64,000 bases of DNA from Candidatus Cloacimonadales bacterium. GTDB taxonomy: Bacteria > Cloacimonadota > Cloacimonadia > Cloacimonadales > JAIOQZ01. The notes under the pieces are model-generated. The model did no database searches. It saw only the letters and a program-made list of their open reading frames with translations, and was not told where the DNA came from. A program made the position numbers and the translations under genes. Shown piece by piece: positions 58,325 through 64,000 of this stretch (position 1 is the stretch's first letter; every line of letters begins with the position of its first letter). The DNA lies in assembly GCA_963674825.1 (NCBI GenBank), contig OY771587.1, positions 1,888,001 to 1,952,000 on the forward strand. Reading direction: 5' to 3'.

Positions 58325-59699
58325 CGATATTATCAGCAATAAACTTTGTCCAAGCTGATCGTATGACGATCAGCTTTTTATTTTCTTTCTCATCAAACGA
58401 TTTGTCAAGATCCACCATCATTTCGTTCTCTGTGTATTGGTTCAAGGAGATGCTTTTCAAATTGTTCATTTTGTGCAGGATCTCCTGAATGCGTTTAATA
58501 CATTCATGGATTTTCTGTATTCGCCTGAAGCACTCTTCTCCGCATTCACTGCTCGTTTCCAGCATTTCAACATGCATCAGCATGATCTGAAGCGGTTGGT
58601 TCATCTCATGGCTTGCGGTCACACTCATGGCGGATACTGTCTCGAGTTTACCCAGTGCCTCTTTGTTCGTCATATACTTCAGATAGAAAATAGTCAGGAA
58701 GATCATGAGTGTAAAAACACAGACGATAGCAGCCGATCTGGTTAAGAAGTGACGCCAAATAAGGTTGAATGGCTCAAATTCCTGCGAGAATTGCAGGAAG
58801 TATCCGACCTTCTCACCACTGTAGTTTTCGATAGGTACACCGGTTACGAGATATTTACCATTTTCTGTGGATATACAATTGCAGAATGGTTTGAAATCCT
58901 GGATATCCTGGCAGCAATTACTAAATGGATTTTCTTTACCGGTAAGGTTTGAGAATTTTTCAAGTAAATCTTTATCAACCGCCTGTAAATCAACGTAAAA
59001 ATTGGGATTAATTGTGCTGGGAATGTAGTTTTCTAAACGGGATTCCTCGAAAACATGTTTATCGACAACTTCTTTCGATATAAGGAAATGATAGTCGTAG
59101 CCGTACAATTCTTTGAGATTCTTGATGATCATGGAGGCCGAAGTACTGAATTCGACGCTGCCGACATGCTCCCGATTATAGAATAATGGGAATACGAACC
59201 TATAGCCATTATACACTTTGCCTTCCTCAAAACCAATTTGCTCCTTGAGCTGCCTGTTAGCCTCCAGAACAGTTTTCCGCGTATCCGCAAGTAAATCGCC
59301 GTAACGGTTCGGCTTGTGCATGCGCAGGAAACTCTCCGTCGAAGGAAGGTGATAGTGGAATTGCCGAAAGTTGTACTTCAACAGGATCGAGTAAAGTACG
59401 ATGCTCCTTTCGTAAAGTTTATAGCGAATGGCTCTTTTTTCCTGATCTGATTTTGCGTGGACCGCTTCATGCATCAATTCTTCGAGATCGGTATAGTTGA
59501 ACTGTGTTTCAAAAACCAGATGGGCCATGTGATAGTAGATACTCTCGGTAATCATGATCTTGTTTTGCAGATTATCAATATTGTATTGAATGATTTCGTT
59601 CTTTTTGGTTCGATAACTCCAGTAGAAGAACAGAACAGAAAGAATCATAAGGACGAACAGAATGCTGATTATGATGAAGCTACTCGATCTTTTAAACAT
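58293..59699 (-). CDS. Membrane sensor: TM-Cache-TM plus HisKA-like helix, no HATPase domain
   Basis: SFLRMHKP..YGD.L...R, GFEEGK...GYRFVFPL...GSVE (Cache-type), H-box SHEMNQPL; no N/G1/F/G2 boxes. Confidence 0.75.
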   Translation of the reverse strand: MFKRSSSFIIISILFVLMILSVLFFYWSYRTKKNEIIQYNIDNLQNKIMITESIYYHMAHLVFETQFNYTDLEELMHEAVHAKSDQEKRAIRYKLYERSIVLYSILLKYNFRQFHYHLPSTESFLRMHKPNRYGDLLADTRKTVLEANRQLKEQIGFEEGKVYNGYRFVFPLFYNREHVGSVEFSTSASMIIKNLKELYGYDYHFLISKEVVDKHVFEESRLENYIPSTINPNFYVDLQAVDKDLLEKFSNLTGKENPFSNCCQDIQDFKPFCNCISTENGKYLVTGVPIENYSGEKVGYFLQFSQEFEPFNLIWRHFLTRSAAIVCVFTLMIFLTIFYLKYMTNKEALGKLETVSAMSVTASHEMNQPLQIMLMHVEMLETSSECGEECFRRIQKIHECIKRIQEILHKMNNLKSISLNQYTENEMMVDLDKSFDEKENKKLIVIRSAWTKFIADNIARMNSSQTPD

Positions 59700-59800
59700 C
59701 TATACTCCCGCAACTTTACGCAATAGACAATATAATTCAGAAACACGTATGTCCAAAGAAAACGAGTGACGAGAGTTTATTTTATTAATTAATTATATAA

Positions 59801-60952
59801 TTAGAAGAATGCCCTGATTCTGAGCAAGCCTCCGACATCTGAAACACCATATTCAGAATTTTTACTGCCAATGGGAATGTATAGAACGATGTCTGTTTCG
59901 ATGTTATCGCCGAGAGTGAAATCGACCCAGGGGTAGAGGATCGCGCTACCATCATTGAGATTGTACGATGCGTAGAACGAGCCGTTCATGAGTTCAGTCA
60001 ACGGATATTGGATCATCGCGAAGCCGTAATCTCGTCCGAGGCTTTCCGATGTTCCCTCCAGGTAATTCGCCCAGTCGTCGAAGGTATAATCGTCACGATC
60101 CGTTTGACCGTTGTTGTTGCGGTAGTATTCAGCCATAAAATACAGGCCGTTTTCGAAGGTGTAGTCGGAACCGGCAAGCAGTTGAAGATAATCATCAATC
60201 TCGTTACCTGTCCGATAGGCGGCTTCAGCCCATACGCCCAGACCGAAAAGCTGACCGGAGACATCGCTGCCGTATTGATTGATAGATTCATGTGAAGCTT
60301 GTGCCATCCTGACGTAACTGAGGCTGAAATCGTAGTCAAGCACCTTTGAGCGGATCTTGATGGCACGTTTACTTGCCTCCCAATCCTCAGCGGAATTCAT
60401 GATTGCAGTGACTGTGGTGTTCAGGTCGAGATTATAGTCGAGCTTGAAGGCGTTGATGCCCTCTTTATCGTAGGTCGGGTCGAGGATATTCTTCTGGTGA
60501 AAACAATCCGTTGGATTACGCGAATAGCCGGTTCCCCACGGGATGAGCTGCCTTCCTACCCGAAGGTCAAATTGCTTCCAGTAGATAGTGATATTGGCAT
60601 TGTCGAGGTAGTAGCGATTGTCGTACTTGTAGTAGAATATCTGGTCCAAGTCTTCCACCGGGACGTTCATTGAATCAGCATATTCCAGCAAGACATCCTC
60701 GGGAATGCATTCGGAGGCGAGAATTGTCCTTTTCCCATCGTAGAGCTCGATATTGTAGTTCGCCTGGAAATCGATATTGTCATCAATCGATCCGCTGAGA
60801 TCCAGCCGCAGTTTATTCAAGTCGGTCATCTTCATGCTGGTGTCGAACATCTGCGGATAGAGCGAGTTCTCGTATTGCCCGGATACATCGACATTCAGTG
60901 CGACGAGAGACAGAGTCAGCAGCATGAACCCGATGCAAAGAATCAGCCTCAT
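59801..60952 (-). CDS. Hypothetical outer-membrane beta-barrel protein
   Basis: Signal peptide; LRVGRQLIPWGTG...NPTD; C-terminal F; operon context with LolA-like and MMPL genes. Confidence 0.75.
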   Translation of the reverse strand: MRLILCIGFMLLTLSLVALNVDVSGQYENSLYPQMFDTSMKMTDLNKLRLDLSGSIDDNIDFQANYNIELYDGKRTILASECIPEDVLLEYADSMNVPVEDLDQIFYYKYDNRYYLDNANITIYWKQFDLRVGRQLIPWGTGYSRNPTDCFHQKNILDPTYDKEGINAFKLDYNLDLNTTVTAIMNSAEDWEASKRAIKIRSKVLDYDFSLSYVRMAQASHESINQYGSDVSGQLFGLGVWAEAAYRTGNEIDDYLQLLAGSDYTFENGLYFMAEYYRNNNGQTDRDDYTFDDWANYLEGTSESLGRDYGFAMIQYPLTELMNGSFYASYNLNDGSAILYPWVDFTLGDNIETDIVLYIPIGSKNSEYGVSDVGGLLRIRAFF

Positions 60953-60959
60953 ATTGACC

Positions 60960-61697
60960 TCACTTGCGTTTGAGATAGCTTCTTGTGAACATTGCATCAT
61001 CCAGCTCGACGCCAAACTTGATGGAGCTTGTTTCCATGATGGTCTTACCACCTTCGAGCAAGTTGGTCATGGTCATTTTCATGGGTGTCCAATGGCCGTC
61101 GATATCCCGGATATCCGAGCAGATGAGCCTTTTCTCCAGCTCATTATCGGTGTAGTAATCGATGCGGATGCTGGTGAAGCGCTCCTTGTCCGCCCACAGG
61201 ATTAGCTTCGAGTAGGACGGTCCCTTTGGTGTGGGAATCAGTTCAATCTGGTAGCAAGGACGCCCTTCCACCTCTTCTTCGCCCAGTAGCTTGTAAGTGT
61301 ATTGATCCGAGATTTTTCCGCCGCTGATGTCTTCGTAGCTGAAATCACTGCCCTGCACTTTCTTCTTACGTGCGTGTCCGGCAAGATGCCGGTCGCGGCC
61401 TGTCTTGGGTGTGAAGAAGTAGATATCGTTGCCGTCATCGAGCATCAGGATCTTGTCGCCTTTGATACGTGCGGGTGCGGTATAGATGGTGAGTTGCTTA
61501 TCATTCAGGTCTTTGGTAAACATCTCATACTCGAGGGTACGCGTCTCGCCACCGGAGGTTTCGATGGTCTGACTGCCGGTTCCCTGGCTGGACTGCACCC
61601 GTTCGTTGTCGTCAATTTTCTGGATAATCTCATCCGGCGTGAGTGCAATCAGCCCGATGGCCATGATCGCGAAGAAAATCGTGCTTATCGTACGCAT
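60960..61697 (-). CDS. LolA-like outer-membrane lipoprotein-sorting protein
   Basis: P..IKG.K.L, GSDFSYED, YSKL..W.D, RIDYY, F....L. Confidence 0.85.
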   Translation of the reverse strand: MRTISTIFFAIMAIGLIALTPDEIIQKIDDNERVQSSQGTGSQTIETSGGETRTLEYEMFTKDLNDKQLTIYTAPARIKGDKILMLDDGNDIYFFTPKTGRDRHLAGHARKKKVQGSDFSYEDISGGKISDQYTYKLLGEEEVEGRPCYQIELIPTPKGPSYSKLILWADKERFTSIRIDYYTDNELEKRLICSDIRDIDGHWTPMKMTMTNLLEGGKTIMETSSIKFGVELDDAMFTRSYLKRK

Positions 61698-61713
61698 AGT
61701 TGCTCCTATGTTT

Positions 61714-61810
61714 TCTCACCCCATCCCTCTCCCATTGCTGGGCGAGAGAATGGTAAGGTTGAGGTTTTTTTAGTTCCCCCGACCATTTACGGAAGAGGGT
61801 TGGGGTGAGA
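61714..61810. repeat. BoxC-like intergenic inverted repeat
   Basis: TCTCACCCCATCCCTCTCCC (61714-61733) and GGAAGAGGGTTGGGGTGAGA (61791-61810) are complementary at 18/20 positions. Confidence 0.7.
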
Positions 61811-61814
61811 TTCT

Positions 61815-64000
61815 TCATTTCTTTCTATCAAAAATCGCCAACGCAGACGGAATGACCAGGAGGGTGGTCAAAAAGCACGCTGCGATGCCAATAAACAGGG
61901 TTATACCCAAGCTTGCCAAGCCGCGAAGAGTGGCAAATCCCATTGATCCGAAGGCAAGCATTGTGGTCAGCGTTGTGAGCAGGACAGCTTTGCCCGTACT
62001 GGTAAAGGTCTGCCGAATCTTTCCCGGTCCCTCTACGCGATATCGATTCAGGATGTGAACACCGTCATCGATTCCCATTCCGAGGATCAGCGGAACACCC
62101 ATCAGATTGAGGATATTCAACTGCATGCCTACCAACTTCATGATGCCCACCATCCAGACAGCACCGAAGAAAAGTGGTATCAGCGCGATAAGTGTTTTCT
62201 TGAGGCTACGGAAATCGACCAGTAGAAGCAAGAAAATAACACCGATCGTGAGCAGAGCTGCCAGGCGTCCATCCTGACCGATATATTGGATCAGAATGTA
62301 GAATACAAGCGGCATGCCGGTGATATTGGGATCGATCTCGTGCATGCGAGTCTGGAGATCCTTCAGATAAGCGAAATCCCATACCTGTTGCCGTGGGTAG
62401 ATCGTAACCAGATATTGGCTGCCATCCTTGCTGAGGAAACGATTAAGGATCGTTTCGGGAAGCTGATCGACGGTGATGGTAGAAGTATCGGTCATGCCCA
62501 GCGCCAGTTCATGCAATCTCGGCTTAAACGCTGCCTGGAACGCCTGAAGTCGCTGTAACGCTTCCGGCTGCTTATCGAGCTCCTCGACTATGCTCTGCAC
62601 CAGGCTGTGGCGCTGATCGACAGGCAATTCCAAGTTCCCGGTGATCGTTTTTGCCTTGCGATCGACCTTATCCTGTCCACCCATATACGCAAGCTGAGAA
62701 AGCTCGATGATGTTGTCTTCAAGACGATAAAGCTCGTCGGTAATGCTCGTGATATCGTCCTGAAGAAGGATGGAAGTCCGTTCGTTCTGAAGATCCGTGC
62801 GGATGGCGTCGATGTACGGCTTACGTTCTTCCTGTTCCAAAGTGGAAGGGATGAAGCTGCTGATGCTGGAGACCATGCCGACCGATTTCAACTTCTTCGC
62901 CTTGTCGGCAATCTCGCGCGATCCCTGTACGGTTTCGGTTGTCACCATGAACATATCGGTGGTGAGATCGTATTTATCAATCACTTTGTCCTGGATCACG
63001 ACACTTCTCAGCCCCTTGGGCTCGAGATCGAGATAGTTGTAGTTAAACTTGATGTCCAGTGCTTGCATGAGGAAGAATCCAGTGATGAGGATCGTCATGA
63101 TGAAGGTAACCCAGCGATGATTCGCTACAAACTCGGAGACGTGGCCGAGAAAGGCGAACGAAACCGCTTTCACTTCTTTCTGTTGCTTCTTTTTCGAGCT
63201 AAATCGCTCGCGGAGTATCAGCATGGGTGGCAAGACGATCAGCGCTGAAAGCATGGTCAGCAGTACACCGGTTCCGGCTACGAAACCGAATTCCTTCATA
63301 CCACTGTTGCGGGATACGAGCATGGTCAGGAACGCTAGCGCGGTGGTCAAAGCGCCGATGACAATGCCGTTGCCGGAGTGATGATACATGCTGAGGACCG
63401 ATTGCCCCGGTGACTCTCCTCGTGATCGGGCATCCTGAAATGCTGAGATCACGTGGATGTTGAAGTCAATCCCCAATCCCATCAGCACTACGGCGAACAT
63501 GGATGTCATCATGTTGAGGTGGCCATAGACGAGTTGTGTGAGTGCCGCTGCCCAGATCACGCCAACAATCAGACTGATTCCGGAAAGAAGCGGTGCCGCT
63601 ACCATGCGGAATGAGAAGATGAACAGCAGAATGATGAGAACGAACGAGATGATGGAGGTGTAGTTCATATCCTCCTGCGCGGCTATCGTTTCATCGCGAG
63701 CAAGGGTCATGGTACCGGTGAGTCCACCTTCGAGCGAGGAGAAGTTCTTGAGTTCGGCAGTAACCAGTGAATCAACGCGGTTCACCACCGGAATCACGAC
63801 ATCCATTTCGTCGATTGGAAAGGATGGCTGCGCAAAGAGCAGGATCATGTCACGCTCTGGCGAGAGATAATACGGATCGCCAAGCAGGAAGCGTTCGGCT
63901 GCTGCCTCACCAACAGCTTTGCCTGGTGTCTGCTCGCTTTCGAGGTATTGTTTAAGGGTCAGAAGATAGCTGCGGATGCCGTCCAGTGACTGCACTGCCT
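61815..64000 (-). CDS. MMPL/RND-family transporter, 5' part outside the window
   Basis: Two TM bundles with GLGIDFNIH and GMGIDDGVH, and TTALAF / TTMLAFGS. Confidence 0.9.
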   Translation of the reverse strand, partial: AVQSLDGIRSYLLTLKQYLESEQTPGKAVGEAAAERFLLGDPYYLSPERDMILLFAQPSFPIDEMDVVIPVVNRVDSLVTAELKNFSSLEGGLTGTMTLARDETIAAQEDMNYTSIISFVLIILLFIFSFRMVAAPLLSGISLIVGVIWAAALTQLVYGHLNMMTSMFAVVLMGLGIDFNIHVISAFQDARSRGESPGQSVLSMYHHSGNGIVIGALTTALAFLTMLVSRNSGMKEFGFVAGTGVLLTMLSALIVLPPMLILRERFSSKKKQQKEVKAVSFAFLGHVSEFVANHRWVTFIMTILITGFFLMQALDIKFNYNYLDLEPKGLRSVVIQDKVIDKYDLTTDMFMVTTETVQGSREIADKAKKLKSVGMVSSISSFIPSTLEQEERKPYIDAIRTDLQNERTSILLQDDITSITDELYRLEDNIIELSQLAYMGGQDKVDRKAKTITGNLELPVDQRHSLVQSIVEELDKQPEALQRLQAFQAAFKPRLHELALGMTDTSTITVDQLPETILNRFLSKDGSQYLVTIYPRQQVWDFAYLKDLQTRMHEIDPNITGMPLVFYILIQYIGQDGRLAALLTIGVIFLLLLVDFRSLKKTLIALIPLFFGAVWMVGIMKLVGMQLNILNLMGVPLILGMGIDDGVHILNRYRVEGPGKIRQTFTSTGKAVLLTTLTTMLAFGSMGFATLRGLASLGITLFIGIAACFLTTLLVIPSALAIFDRKK

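Noticed and set aside
1..64000. CRISPR arrays, tRNA/rRNA genes, IS elements, prophage genes
   Set aside because: No regularly spaced repeats, cloverleaf motifs, transposase, integrase or phage structural motifs were recognised by eye.

Overview
Bacterial chromosomal region, probably FCB-group (Candidatus Cloacimonadota-like). That assignment is inferred from the C25 gingipain-like proteases, the many 'xPNPFNP' FlgD-Ig C-terminal domains and a PorV-family protein. About 50 genes are mostly housekeeping, transport or secreted-protein genes: partial purH, HD-GYP regulator, MacB-type ABC, nrdDG, ycaQ-like, ruvX, mltG, potABC, three CPA2 antiporters with PTS-EIIA partners and an MMPL/LolA-like cluster. 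No rRNA, tRNA, CRISPR array, integrase or transposase was recognised. Three things stand out. (1) An AT-rich two-gene cassette (small membrane protein plus a 795-aa P-loop NTPase/wHTH-like protein) sits between two diverged 212-bp copies of the 3' end of a DUF58 gene; it is a candidate integrase-free defence island. (2) A sigma54 circuit can be read directly from the DNA: three TGGCAC-N5-wTGT promoters (all with GT instead of GC at -12), IHF-like sites, and four TGACG-N4-CGTCA palindromes upstream of two large secreted-protein genes, one pair beside a TPR-sigma54 activator. (3) One of those promoters points into a ~210-nt hairpin-rich, terminator-ended segment with no convincing ORF, a candidate novel sigma54-dependent small RNA. 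All product calls come from motif recognition by eye; no database searches were run.
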